A DNA stretch of 22,731 bases from a virus (taxonomy: Duplodnaviria; Heunggongvirae; Uroviricota; Caudoviricetes). Each line of letters opens with the position of its first letter. Position 1 is the first letter of the stretch. The notes below the pieces were generated by a model. The model worked only from the letters and a program-made list of their open reading frames with translations. It did no database searches and had not been told where the DNA came from. Made by a program: the position numbers and the translations under genes. The stretch is from IMG/VR virus record IMGVR_UViG_2585427766_000007; one strand, written 5' to 3'. This document shows, piece by piece, positions 1-9,362 of the stretch.

Positions 1-362
1 ATGACGTCACTGCCCGGCTGTATGCGCGAGGTTACCGACTGCGGCCTGAGTTTTTTAAATGGCGGAAAATCGTGTTGAGGCCAACGCCCATAATGCGGGC
101 GGTTGCCCGGCATCCAACGCCATTCATGGCCATATCAATGATTTTCTGGTGCGTACCGGGTTGAGAAGCGGTGTAAGTGAACTGCAGTTGCCATGTTTTA
201 CGGCAGTGAGAGCAGAGATAGCGCTGATGTCCGGCGGTGCTTTTGCCGTTACGCACCACCCCGTCAGTAGCTGAACAGGAGGGACAGCTGATAGAAACAG
301 AAGCCACTGGAGCACCTCAAAAACACCATCATACACTAAATCAGTAAGTTGGCAGCATCACC
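1..362 (-). mobile_element. IS1 insertion sequence, partial copy; window begins inside the element, terminal inverted repeat ends at 362
   Basis: Reverse complement of 300-362 reads GGTGATGCTGCCAACTTACTGATTTAGTGTATGATGG..., the canonical IS1 end; contains the insA reading frame. Confidence 0.9.
32..307 (-). CDS. insA: IS1 InsA transposition regulator (91 aa, GTG start)
   Basis: Translation [43 protein letters not shown]... matches IS1 InsA as recalled; zinc-finger Cys pairs plus HTH. Confidence 0.9.
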   Translation of the reverse strand: MASVSISCPSCSATDGVVRNGKSTAGHQRYLCSHCRKTWQLQFTYTASQPGTHQKIIDMAMNGVGCRATARIMGVGLNTIFRHLKNSGRSR

Positions 363-387
363 AGCGATCCCATGTATTATTGGTTTT

Positions 388-1758
388 ATGCCAGCTCCGG
401 CAGGATTAAGCGAACTGGCGTGGGTGCTTTTTGGTATTTACCTGGCGGCCATTGTGGGGCTGGTTATCAAGCCTTTCCCGGAACCTGTCGTACTGTTAAT
501 TGCCGTTGCTGCCTCAATGGTGGTGGTCGGTAACTTATCCGACGGTGCGTTTAAAACCACCGCCGTATTAAGCGGTTACTCTTCAGGTACCACCTGGCTG
601 GTGTTCTCGGCGTTTACCTTAAGCGCCGCATTTGTGACCACCGGTTTAGGTAAACGTATTGCCTATCTGCTGATTGGTAAAATCGGTAACACCACGCTGG
701 GTCTGGGTTACGTTACGGTATTCCTCGATCTGGTACTGGCTCCGGCAACACCGTCTAACACCGCGCGTGCGGGCGGCATTGTGTTACCGATCATCAACAG
801 CGTGGCGGTGGCTTTGGGGTCCGAACCGGAAAAAAGTCCGCGTCGTGTCGGACATTACCTGATGATGTCCATTTACATGGTCACCAAAACCACCAGCTAT
901 ATGTTCTTTACCGCAATGGCGGGGAACATTCTGGCGCTGAAAATGATCAACGACATTCTGCACCTGCAAATTAGCTGGGGTGGATGGGCGCTGGCAGCCG
1001 GATTGCCGGGCATCATTATGCTGCTGGTCACCCCGCTGGTGATTTACACCATGTATCCACCAGAAATTAAGAAGGTGGATAACAAAACCATCGCTAAAGC
1101 GGGCCTTGCCGAACTAGGACCGATGAAAATCCGCGAAAAAATGCTGCTCGGTGTCTTTGTGCTGGCGCTGCTGGGCTGGATTTTCAGTAAGTCTCTGGGG
1201 GTTGATGAATCCACCGTGGCAATCGTTGTTATGGCAACCATGCTGCTGCTGGGTATCGTTACCTGGGAAGACGTGGTTAAAAATAAAGGCGGCTGGAATA
1301 CCTTAATCTGGTACGGCGGTATTATCGGCTTAAGCTCCTTATTATCGAAAGTTAAATTCTTCGAATGGTTAGCTGAAGTCTTTAAAAATAACCTGGCATT
1401 TGATGGTCACGGTAACGTTGCTTTCTTCGTTATTATTTTCCTCAGCATTATCGTGCGTTATTTCTTCGCTTCCGGTAGTGCCTATATCGTTGCTATGTTA
1501 CCGGTATTTGCCATGCTGGCGAACGTCTCCGGCGCACCGTTAATGTTAACCGCGCTGGCACTGTTGTTCTCCAACTCCTATGGCGGCATGGTTACTCACT
1601 ATGGCGGCGCGGCAGGTCCGGTCATCTTTGGCGTGGGTTATAACGATATTAAATCCTGGTGGTTGGTCGGTGCGGTACTGACGATATTAACCTTCCTGGT
1701 GCATATCACCCTCGGCGTGTGGTGGTGGAATATGCTGATCGGCTGGAACATGCTGTAA
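388..1758 (+). CDS. ybhI: Inner-membrane anion transporter (DASS/CitT-like), YbhI-like; 5' end probably interrupted by IS1
   Basis: Long hydrophobic multi-helix ORF; position upstream of ybhJ/ybhC matches the K-12 gene order; reading frame stays open back to the IS1 boundary at 363, first ATG at 388 has no good Shine-Dalgarno. Confidence 0.7.
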   Translation: MPAPAGLSELAWVLFGIYLAAIVGLVIKPFPEPVVLLIAVAASMVVVGNLSDGAFKTTAVLSGYSSGTTWLVFSAFTLSAAFVTTGLGKRIAYLLIGKIGNTTLGLGYVTVFLDLVLAPATPSNTARAGGIVLPIINSVAVALGSEPEKSPRRVGHYLMMSIYMVTKTTSYMFFTAMAGNILALKMINDILHLQISWGGWALAAGLPGIIMLLVTPLVIYTMYPPEIKKVDNKTIAKAGLAELGPMKIREKMLLGVFVLALLGWIFSKSLGVDESTVAIVVMATMLLLGIVTWEDVVKNKGGWNTLIWYGGIIGLSSLLSKVKFFEWLAEVFKNNLAFDGHGNVAFFVIIFLSIIVRYFFASGSAYIVAMLPVFAMLANVSGAPLMLTALALLFSNSYGGMVTHYGGAAGPVIFGVGYNDIKSWWLVGAVLTILTFLVHITLGVWWWNMLIGWNML

Positions 1759-1764
1759 ATATAC

Positions 1765-1890
1765 TCGTCATACTTCAAGTTGCATGTGCTGCGTTTGCGT
1801 TCGCTCACCCCAGTCACTTACTTATGTAAGCTCCTGGGGATTCACTCACTTGTCGCCTTCCTGCAACTCGAATTATTTAGAGTATATCCA
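1765..1890 (+). repeat. ERIC/IRU enterobacterial intergenic repeat
   Basis: 1802-1845 reads CGCTCACCCCAGTCACTTACTT + ATGTAAGCTCCTGGGGATTCAC, the two halves of the ERIC core (the ERIC2/ERIC1R primer sequences), within an imperfect palindrome. Confidence 0.75.
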
Positions 1891-1940
1891 TTTATTATCT
1901 TTCTGCGCACTTCACGGTGCGCAGATATCTGGAGCATTTG

Positions 1941-4202
1941 ATGATCAAGTTATCTGAAAAAGGCGTGTTTCTCGCCAGTAATAACGAAATAATTGCCGAA
2001 GAACATTTCACCGGCGAAATTAAAAAAGAAGAAGCCAAAAAAGGCACTATTGCCTGGTCTATTCTCTCTTCTCATAATACGTCCGGAAATATGGATAAAC
2101 TTAAAATTAAGTTTGATTCATTAGCCTCTCACGATATTACCTTTGTTGGTATTGTACAGACCGCTAAAGCGTCCGGAATGGAACGTTTCCCGCTGCCGTA
2201 TGTGCTGACCAACTGCCATAACTCACTCTGCGCCGTCGGCGGCACCATTAACGGTGATGACCATGTTTTTGGTTTATCGGCAGCTCAGCGTTATGGCGGT
2301 ATTTTTGTGCCTCCGCATATTGCGGTCATCCATCAATATATGCGTGAGATGATGGCAGGCGGCGGCAAAATGATCCTCGGGTCAGACAGCCACACCCGTT
2401 ACGGTGCATTAGGGACAATGGCAGTCGGTGAGGGCGGCGGTGAGTTGGTAAAACAGCTGCTTAATGACACCTGGGATATCGACTATCCGGGAGTTGTTGC
2501 GGTGCATCTGACCGGAAAACCAGCGCCGTATGTGGGGCCGCAGGATGTGGCGCTGGCTATCATCGGTGCCGTGTTCAAAAACGGCTACGTCAAAAACAAA
2601 GTGATGGAATTCGTAGGTCCCGGTGTTGCTGCGCTCTCTACCGATTTCCGTAACAGCGTTGACGTTATGACCACTGAAACGACCTGTTTAAGTTCTGTCT
2701 GGCAAACCGATGAAGAAGTCCATAACTGGCTGGCGCTGCACGGTCGCGGCCAGGATTACTGCCAGCTTAACCCTCAACCGATGGCGTACTACGATGGCTG
2801 CATCAGCGTTGATTTAAGCGCCATCAAACCAATGATTGCGCTGCCGTTCCACCCGAGCAACGTGTATGAAATCGACACACTGAACCAGAACCTGACCGAC
2901 ATTCTGCGTGAGATTGAAATTGAGTCCGAACGCGTGGCGCACGGTAAAGCCAAACTCTCGCTGCTGGATAAAGTGGAAAATGGTCGCCTGAAAGTGCAGC
3001 AGGGGATTATCGCGGGCTGTTCTGGCGGTAACTACGAAAACGTCATCGCGGCGGCGAATGCACTGCGCGGTCAATCCTGTGGCAATGACACCTTCTCGCT
3101 GGCAGTTTACCCGTCATCACAGCCGGTGTTTATGGATCTCGCCAAAAAAGGTGTGGTAGCAGATTTGATTGGCGCAGGCGCAATCATCAGAACCGCGTTC
3201 TGCGGCCCATGCTTTGGCGCGGGCGATACGCCAATCAACAACGGATTAAGTATTCGCCACACCACGCGCAACTTCCCGAACCGCGAAGGCTCTAAGCCAG
3301 CTAATGGGCAGATGTCAGCGGTGGCGTTGATGGACGCTCGTTCTATCGCTGCGACTGCGGCAAACGGTGGCTATTTAACCTCTGCCAGCGAACTTGATTG
3401 CTGGGACAACGTGCCGGAGTACGCCTTCGATGTAACGCCGTATAAAAACCTTGTTTATCAGGGCTTTGTGAAAGGGGCAACTCAGCAACCGCTGATTTAC
3501 GGACCGAACATTAAAGACTGGCCGGAATTGGGTGCGCTGACTGACAATATCGTCCTGAAAGTGTGCTCGAAGATCCTCGACGAAGTGACCACCACCGACG
3601 AACTGATTCCTTCCGGTGAAACCTCTTCTTATCGTTCAAATCCGATTGGTCTGGCGGAGTTTACCCTGTCACGCCGCGATCCCGGTTATGTTGGCAGAAG
3701 TAAAGCGACTGCTGAGCTGGAAAATCAGCGTCTGGCGGGGAATGTCAGCGAGCTGACAGAGGTGTTTGCGCGCATTAAGCAGATTGCTGGTCAGGAGCAT
3801 ATTGATCCGCTGCAAACTGAAATTGGCAGCATGGTATATGCGGTGAAACCAGGCGATGGTTCTGCGCGTGAACAGGCGGCGAGCTGCCAGCGTGTGATTG
3901 GCGGTCTGGCGAATATTGCCGAAGAGTACGCGACTAAACGCTACCGTTCTAACGTCATCAACTGGGGGATGTTACCGCTGCAGATGGCGGAAGTGCCAAC
4001 CTTTGAAGTGGGGGATTACATTTACATCCCTGGCATTAAAGCGGCGCTGGATAATCCGGGTACGACGTTTAAAGGTTATGTGATCCATGAAGATGCGCCG
4101 GTAACGGAAATTACGCTCTATATGGAAAGTCTGACTGCTGAAGAGCGCGAGATTATCAAGGCGGGTAGTTTGATTAACTTCAATAAAAACCGTCAGATGT
4201 AA
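1941..4202 (+). CDS. ybhJ: Aconitase-family putative hydratase, YbhJ-like (about 753 aa from ATG 1941)
   Basis: Large ORF with Cys-containing aconitase-like motifs (SDSHT, CGPCFG); GGAG Shine-Dalgarno before ATG 1941; synteny ybhI-ybhJ-ybhC. Confidence 0.8.
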   Translation: MIKLSEKGVFLASNNEIIAEEHFTGEIKKEEAKKGTIAWSILSSHNTSGNMDKLKIKFDSLASHDITFVGIVQTAKASGMERFPLPYVLTNCHNSLCAVGGTINGDDHVFGLSAAQRYGGIFVPPHIAVIHQYMREMMAGGGKMILGSDSHTRYGALGTMAVGEGGGELVKQLLNDTWDIDYPGVVAVHLTGKPAPYVGPQDVALAIIGAVFKNGYVKNKVMEFVGPGVAALSTDFRNSVDVMTTETTCLSSVWQTDEEVHNWLALHGRGQDYCQLNPQPMAYYDGCISVDLSAIKPMIALPFHPSNVYEIDTLNQNLTDILREIEIESERVAHGKAKLSLLDKVENGRLKVQQGIIAGCSGGNYENVIAAANALRGQSCGNDTFSLAVYPSSQPVFMDLAKKGVVADLIGAGAIIRTAFCGPCFGAGDTPINNGLSIRHTTRNFPNREGSKPANGQMSAVALMDARSIAATAANGGYLTSASELDCWDNVPEYAFDVTPYKNLVYQGFVKGATQQPLIYGPNIKDWPELGALTDNIVLKVCSKILDEVTTTDELIPSGETSSYRSNPIGLAEFTLSRRDPGYVGRSKATAELENQRLAGNVSELTEVFARIKQIAGQEHIDPLQTEIGSMVYAVKPGDGSAREQAASCQRVIGGLANIAEEYATKRYRSNVINWGMLPLQMAEVPTFEVGDYIYIPGIKAALDNPGTTFKGYVIHEDAPVTEITLYMESLTAEEREIIKAGSLINFNKNRQM

Positions 4203-4204
4203 AA

Positions 4205-4428
<224 letters not shown>

Positions 4429-4435
4429 ATTGCTC

Positions 4436-5719
4436 TTACTTCTTCGCCTCTGCAACCACTTTACTACCCACGCCGCGGTTATTGTATTCCCACATGCGGT
4501 TGTAGTTAGTGTCATTCAGATTGCGCTGTATTTCGTCGTTATCATCTACGCTGCCGGTATTACCCGCAAACGGACGATTAGAGATCACCGCATCGGCCCA
4601 CGGTTTAGCCGTGTTAAAACCTTCGTTGATGGCGCTATCACGGATCACCACCTGACCGTTGGTATTGGCATCAACATCCAGCGAGCGGCCCAGTTGCGCC
4701 ACACCATCACCGAAAGCATTGAAACGGCTGTTTACGGCGAGGAAACCGTAGTAAATGTTGGACAGCGTAGCCGGTGCAAACACATACGCTTCTTGCTGAG
4801 TACGTGAGTTCACCACGCGGAATTCGGTGTTATCGAACACCACTGCGCCGCGACCAGAAACGATATCCACATCCCCTTCAATGTAGCTGTTGGTCACCAG
4901 CGTACGCGGCTGACGATTCGTTTCCAGACGGTTCTGCACACCGCTGTTGGTGACAAAGAAGGTGTTCTGACGACCGAGAATGTTAACGTTGTTAATCTGT
5001 ACCTGGTCACCATCAGTACGCAGTGCCACCGCCGGATGGTTACCTGCATCTACGCTATCGCCCAGCGTGTTTTCGATGGTCAGATTTTGCAGTTGCAGGC
5101 CATTGTTTTGTGACCAGAAGACCGCAGAGCAGAGAACACCGATACTGTCGCTGCGTTTGCTCTGGCAGCTATCGTACATATACCACGCTGGTTTACCTGG
5201 CATATATTTGCCGCGCGGGTTGACGTCGTGACGCCAGTCGGCAGGGCTCATGCCACCATCAAGGGAAAGCCCAATCTTCACATCAATCGGTTTTTCACCT
5301 GTACCGTACAGAGTAATTCCACCCGGAGCGGCAGGGACATATACCGTTCCCTGATACTCACCAGGCATCACGGCAATATACTGGCGCTTGTTGGTACGCT
5401 TGATAATTGCCGCATCTACCGCCGCCTGAATCGTGGTATGCGTTACACCTTGAGTGCCCGCCGGGCCGACAACAAAGTCAGGTTGCGCAGGCAGGGTAAT
5501 CGGGGAAGGATTCCACGCTGCAGCACCTGGTGTCAGGGATGCAAAATAGTGTTGAGCATCGAAATTCTGCGCTTCTTTTGCCGACAGAATCGGGCGAGAA
5601 GAGGTACCAGGCGCGGTTTGATCAGAAGGACGTTGATCGGGCGGGGTTGAGCTACAGGCGGTCAGCGTCACGCCAAAAGCCAATGCCAGCGCCAGACGGG
5701 AAACTGAAAATGTGTTCAC
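4436..5719 (-). CDS. ybhC: Outer-membrane lipoprotein, pectinesterase-like (YbhC-like), GTG start
   Basis: Signal peptide with lipobox LTAC; beta-helix-like Gly/Asn-rich sequence; GGAG Shine-Dalgarno; lies next to attB as in K-12. Confidence 0.8.
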   Translation of the reverse strand: MNTFSVSRLALALAFGVTLTACSSTPPDQRPSDQTAPGTSSRPILSAKEAQNFDAQHYFASLTPGAAAWNPSPITLPAQPDFVVGPAGTQGVTHTTIQAAVDAAIIKRTNKRQYIAVMPGEYQGTVYVPAAPGGITLYGTGEKPIDVKIGLSLDGGMSPADWRHDVNPRGKYMPGKPAWYMYDSCQSKRSDSIGVLCSAVFWSQNNGLQLQNLTIENTLGDSVDAGNHPAVALRTDGDQVQINNVNILGRQNTFFVTNSGVQNRLETNRQPRTLVTNSYIEGDVDIVSGRGAVVFDNTEFRVVNSRTQQEAYVFAPATLSNIYYGFLAVNSRFNAFGDGVAQLGRSLDVDANTNGQVVIRDSAINEGFNTAKPWADAVISNRPFAGNTGSVDDNDEIQRNLNDTNYNRMWEYNNRGVGSKVVAEAKK

Positions 5720-5755
5720 AGGTTGCTCCGGGCTATGAAATAGAAAAATGAATCC

Positions 5756-5850
5756 GTTGAAGCCTGCTTTTTTATACTAAGTTGGCATTATAAAAAAGCA
5801 TTGCTTATCAATTTGTTGCAACGAACAGGTCACTATCAGTCAAAATAAAA
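5756..5850 (+). other. attL (B-O-P') of a lambda-type prophage; 15-bp core GCTTTTTTATACTAA at 5766-5780
   Basis: Left of core is TGAAGCCTGC (attB B arm); right of core is GTTGGCATTATAAAAAAGCATTGCTTATCAATTTGTTGCAACGAACAGGTCACTATCAGTCAAAATAAAATC (lambda attP P' arm with Int arm-type sites), running straight into int. Confidence 0.85.
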
Positions 5851-5853
5851 TCA

Positions 5854-6924
5854 TTATTTGATTTCAATTTTGTCCCACTCCCTGCCTCTGTCATCACGAT
5901 ACTGTGATGCCATGGTGTCCGACTTATGCCCGAGAAGATGTTGAGCAAACTTATCGCTTATCTGCTTCTCATAGAGTCTTGCAGACAAACTGCGCAACTC
6001 GTGAAAGGTAGGCGGATCCCCTTCGAAGGAAAGACCTGATGCTTTTCGTGCGCGCATAAAATACCTTGATACTGTGCCGGATGAAAGCGGTTCGCGACGA
6101 GTAGATGCAATTATGGTTTCTCCGCCAAGAATCTCTTTGCATTTATCAAGTGTTTCCTTCATTGATATTCCGAGAGCATCAACATGCAATACTGTTGGGA
6201 TGGCAATTTTTACGCCTGTTTTGCTTTGCTCGACATAAAGATATCCATCTACGATATCAGACCACTTCATTTCGCATAAATCACCAACTCGTTGCCCGGT
6301 AACAACAGCCAGTTCCATTGCAAGTCTGAGCCAACATGGTGATGATTCTGCTGCTTGATAAATTTTCAGGTATTCGTCAGCCGTAAGTCTTGATCTCCTT
6401 ACCTCTGATTTTGCTGCGCGAGTGGCAGCGACAGGGTTTGTTGTTATATGGCCTTCAGCTATTGCCTCTCGGAATGCATCGCTCAGTGTTGATCTGATTA
6501 ACTTGGCTGACGCCGCCTTGCCCTCGTCTATGTATCCATTGAGCATTGCCGCAATTTCTTTTGTGGTGATGTCTTCAAGTGGAGCATCAGGCAGACCCCT
6601 CCTTATTGCTTTAATTTTGCTCATGTAATTTATGAGTGTCTTCTGCTTGATTCCTCTGCTGGCCAGGATTTTTTCGTAGCGATCAAGCCATGAATGTAAC
6701 GTAACGGAATTATCACTGTTGATTCTCGCTGTCAGAGGCTTGTGTTTGTGTCCTGAAAATAACTCAATGTTGGCCTGTATAGCTTCAGTGATTGCGATTC
6801 GCCTGTCTCGGCCTAATCCAAACTCTTTACCCGTCCTTGGGTCCCTGTAGCAGTAATATCCATTGTTTCTTATATAAAGGTTAGGGGGTAAATCCCGGCG
6901 CTCATGACTTCGCCTTCTTCCCAT
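5854..6924 (-). CDS. int: Lambda-type integrase (tyrosine recombinase, 356 aa)
   Basis: Translation MGRRRSHERRDLPPNLYIRNNGYYCYRDPRTGKEFGLGRDRRIA... matches lambda Int as recalled; adjacent to attL. Confidence 0.95.
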   Translation of the reverse strand: MGRRRSHERRDLPPNLYIRNNGYYCYRDPRTGKEFGLGRDRRIAITEAIQANIELFSGHKHKPLTARINSDNSVTLHSWLDRYEKILASRGIKQKTLINYMSKIKAIRRGLPDAPLEDITTKEIAAMLNGYIDEGKAASAKLIRSTLSDAFREAIAEGHITTNPVAATRAAKSEVRRSRLTADEYLKIYQAAESSPCWLRLAMELAVVTGQRVGDLCEMKWSDIVDGYLYVEQSKTGVKIAIPTVLHVDALGISMKETLDKCKEILGGETIIASTRREPLSSGTVSRYFMRARKASGLSFEGDPPTFHELRSLSARLYEKQISDKFAQHLLGHKSDTMASQYRDDRGREWDKIEIK

Positions 6925-7120
6925 TTCTGATCCTCTTCAAAAGGCTACCTGTTACTGGTCGATTTAAGTCAACCTTTACCGCTGATTCGTGGAACAGATA
7001 TTCTCTTCCATCCTTAACCGGAGGAGGGAATATCCTGCATTCGCGCACCCATCGACGAACTGTTTCAAGGCTTCTTGGGCGTCGCTGGCGAGCGTTCCAC
7101 TCCTGAAGTGTCAAGTACAT
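6902..7120 (-). CDS. xis: Excisionase Xis (72 aa)
   Basis: MYLTLQEWNARQRRPRSLETVRRWVRECRIFPPPVKDGREYLFHESAVKVDLNRP... matches lambda Xis; overlaps int start as in lambda. Confidence 0.9.
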   Translation of the reverse strand: MYLTLQEWNARQRRPRSLETVRRWVRECRIFPPPVKDGREYLFHESAVKVDLNRPVTGSLLKRIRNGKKAKS

Positions 7121-7144
7121 CGCAAAGTCTCCGCAATTACACGC

Positions 7145-7168
7145 AAGAAAAAACCGCCATCAGGCGGC
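7145..7168 (-). terminator. Rho-independent terminator candidate upstream of xis
   Basis: Minus strand reads CCGCC-TGAT-GGCGG followed by TTTTTTCTT. Confidence 0.45.
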
Positions 7169-7340
7169 TTGGTGTTCTTTCAGTTCTTCAATTCGAATAT
7201 TGGTTACGTCTGCATGTGCTATCTGCGCCCACAGCATCCAGTGGTCATAGCAGTCGCTGATGTTCTCGGCTTCGATAACTCTGTTGAATGGTTCTCCATT
7301 CTATTCACCTGTGACTCGGAAGTGCATTTATCATCTCCAT

Positions 7341-7363
7341 AAAAAAACTCGCCGTAGCGAGTT
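7341..7363 (-). terminator. Rho-independent terminator candidate downstream of the 142-aa cargo gene
   Basis: Minus strand reads ACTCGC-TACG-GCGAGT followed by TTTTTTT, 46 bp after the stop at 7409. Confidence 0.55.
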
Positions 7364-7408
7364 CAGATATAATTTTCACCAAAGGCAGTAGTTGCTTTAT
7401 GCTAAGAA

Positions 7409-7837
7409 TTATTCAATATCTATTCCTGTAATATCTTTTATTTTTTTTCTTGCAAAGCCTTTTGCTAGTGATTTTGAAACACTCATAAGAGTACTAATCC
7501 CCTCATCCTTAAAGTTTGTTTTTATAGCTTGCCAGACCTCCTTTTGACGTAAGTCAGCAATAAAATCATGCCCTCTTGCTGTCAACCTCAGTGGTACTTC
7601 GATCCAACTATATTCAACACCTTCCCCTAACTCGTTGGACATTATATGACCGAACCCAGGTTTTCCATCAACCCTAACTATTAATTCGTAGTCACATAAT
7701 AATCGCATATGGAAAATAAAATTTTGGTCATATCTATTAAAGCCATTATCCTCTAGTTCACTAAGCATCGTGTCAGGGCCATAAGTTTTTTCGAATGCGA
7801 TAAGTAGATCTTTTAGATATTGCTGGTCTAATTTCAT
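7409..7837 (-). CDS. Hypothetical cytoplasmic protein (142 aa), AT-rich cargo gene; possible DUF2513/YjcQ-like fold
   Basis: ORF with GGAGG Shine-Dalgarno 5 nt before the ATG; own terminator; C-terminal motif RLTARGHDFIADLRQKEVW resembles a recalled L-T-W-x-G-H-E-F motif of DUF2513-type phage proteins (memory only, not searched). Confidence 0.6.
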   Translation of the reverse strand: MKLDQQYLKDLLIAFEKTYGPDTMLSELEDNGFNRYDQNFIFHMRLLCDYELIVRVDGKPGFGHIMSNELGEGVEYSWIEVPLRLTARGHDFIADLRQKEVWQAIKTNFKDEGISTLMSVSKSLAKGFARKKIKDITGIDIE

Positions 7838-7847
7838 TGCCGCCTCC

Positions 7848-7859
7848 GTGACATGTCAC
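7848..7859. promoter_or_regulatory. Perfect 12-bp palindrome GTGACATGTCAC abutting the Shine-Dalgarno of the 142-aa gene; candidate operator
   Basis: Exact self-complementary 12-mer seen directly; regulatory function is inferred. Confidence 0.3.
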
Positions 7860-8083
7860 AGAGATTTATATCATTAATTTTGTTTCGTGCCAGCCTTTGG
7901 TCACCCAGTATTGTGAGTCACCATTACACGGGCATGAATTAACAGGAACTCTCTCGCCGCACTTACGGCAACGTTTTCTGCTAATCGATTTTATACGCCA
8001 GCGCACACGTGCATCATCCTGGCGGCTCAGTAACGCTATGTACTCACCAAACTCGTAAGGCGCACGCCTGAAGCGGCGCGTGG

Positions 8084-8203
8084 CTCAGTTACGCTCCAGC
8101 ATTTCAATTTCCTGAGCATCAAGTACAAGCTCCAGCTTACGCATACCGGATGATGCTTGCTTGGCTCTCTGATCGGCTTTGCGCTCTGCTGCTGATTTAG
8201 TCA
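8084..8203 (-). CDS. Small hypothetical protein (39 aa), MTKSAAERKADQRAKQASSGMRKLELVLDAQEIEMLERN
   Basis: ATG preceded by AGGAAA 6 nt upstream; charged helical peptide; below the size cutoff of the ORF track; coding status unproven. Confidence 0.3.
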
Positions 8204-8497
8204 TTCTGCTTTTCCTGCATCAGGAGAAAGACAATCATGGCGGCGCGGATACTTCCGGTATCTTTTTACGCGATATTACCCTTCAATGACACATACAAGA
8301 AGACAGCCATCAGCAGGAATGAGTGAGGAATCGACAACCAGTAACGCTTAATTATCTATAGTGTCGTATTTGCTTCATAAAATATGGCGAATAACACAAA
8401 GCCCGCAGCAGCTCATTGTGCGGACTTTTCTTATACTTACTTCCTAGAGATAATTCTATGGAGGCATTAAATTAATGCTGTCATTGGTAATATCATA

Positions 8498-9112
8498 TTA
8501 TCTAAAAGTCTTTCCACTTTTAACGTCTAGATATATTCTGTTCGACAACGTCATTCCTCCGCAATATGTGAAATAGATGTTTTCACCCTTATTGCTTGAT
8601 GCCATCCACCCTCCAACTTCCTTAAAATCGCTCTCCGTGCAGACACCTTCACTTATTAACTTCCTAGCTGCCGAAGAAAACTCTTTTTTGTATATACGGT
8701 AGTCATCAGATCCTTTGATTAAGGTATCATTTCTGCTCGCATTTTCAGCAGGATCTGATGGCCTTTCACTGCTAAGATCACTAAGTTTAACCCATTCTGA
8801 AAACTTGCCATTAACGATTCCGTTTTTTCTTGTGCAGGATTTATTACCTTCTTTAATATATTCGCTTTCCCCTCCCACACATGAGGCTGAATATGGCTCA
8901 GTTATACGAACCCATTCACCTTTTTTTTCTAGAAAATCTACGCCTTCCCTGAAAAATAGTTTCCCAGCCACTCCACATTTACTTGAAGGGCAGGTATGTC
9001 TTTCCGTTCGATCAACAACAACCCAAAGTTTTGATTCATTTTTTGCCATTGCCGATGGTATTTGAGATGAGACAATTAACGTAAGCCCTAAAATTAGTGT
9101 TGATTTTTTCAT
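8498..9112 (-). CDS. Secreted/periplasmic Cys-containing protein of unknown function (204 aa), AT-rich cargo gene
   Basis: N-terminal signal peptide MKKSTLILGLTLIVSSQIPSAMA with AXA cleavage motif; AAGGAA Shine-Dalgarno; ~250-bp upstream intergenic region suggests its own promoter. Confidence 0.65.
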   Translation of the reverse strand: MKKSTLILGLTLIVSSQIPSAMAKNESKLWVVVDRTERHTCPSSKCGVAGKLFFREGVDFLEKKGEWVRITEPYSASCVGGESEYIKEGNKSCTRKNGIVNGKFSEWVKLSDLSSERPSDPAENASRNDTLIKGSDDYRIYKKEFSSAARKLISEGVCTESDFKEVGGWMASSNKGENIYFTYCGGMTLSNRIYLDVKSGKTFR

Positions 9113-9362
9113 TGTAATTTCCTTTTACTTTTTACAAAGCATTTAATCATGACTGATTATCTCTAAGCGTAGTAACAGCCTTGTGCGAAACATGTTACCA
9201 AATCGCCATTTCAGTGTATCCACAGTTAGGCTGCCACTTCAAGGATTCCTAGTTACATGGTACGTAAGCGTAATATCCCGTTGGTTGGCAGGTAATAACT
9301 CTGATCAATTCTCCCTTGTCTTTTGCTCTTACGTATGCAAATCTTGTACACTCAACCTAGGC

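Noticed and set aside
59-336. ORFs 59-274 (+) and 124-336 (-) from the six-frame track
   Set aside because: They lie entirely within IS1 and overlap insA in other frames; these are the usual alternative-frame artefacts of IS1.
4430-5751. Plus-strand ORFs 4430-4807, 4980-5231, 5023-5223, 5228-5650, 5530-5751
   Set aside because: All are antisense within ybhC, Arg/Cys-rich with no ribosome-binding sites; typical shadow ORFs of a GC-rich gene.
6989-7342. Plus-strand ORFs 6989-7342 and 7075-7260 upstream of xis
   Set aside because: They overlap xis antisense and span two minus-strand terminators; no start signals.
8236-8325. 29-aa plus-strand ORF with AGGAG Shine-Dalgarno (MAARILPVSFYAILPFNDTYKKTAISRNE)
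   Set aside because: It diverges from the minus-strand 39-aa ORF with only ~30 bp between them, too little for two promoters; it runs against the early-left operon and shows no other support.
8341-8370. Minus-strand sequence AAATACGACACTATAGATAA resembling SP6/T7 single-subunit RNA polymerase promoters (GACACTATAGA core)
   Set aside because: It matches only the conserved -7 to +1 core; the upstream specificity region matches neither T7 nor SP6, and no single-subunit RNA polymerase is encoded in the window. Most likely chance in an AT-rich intergenic region.
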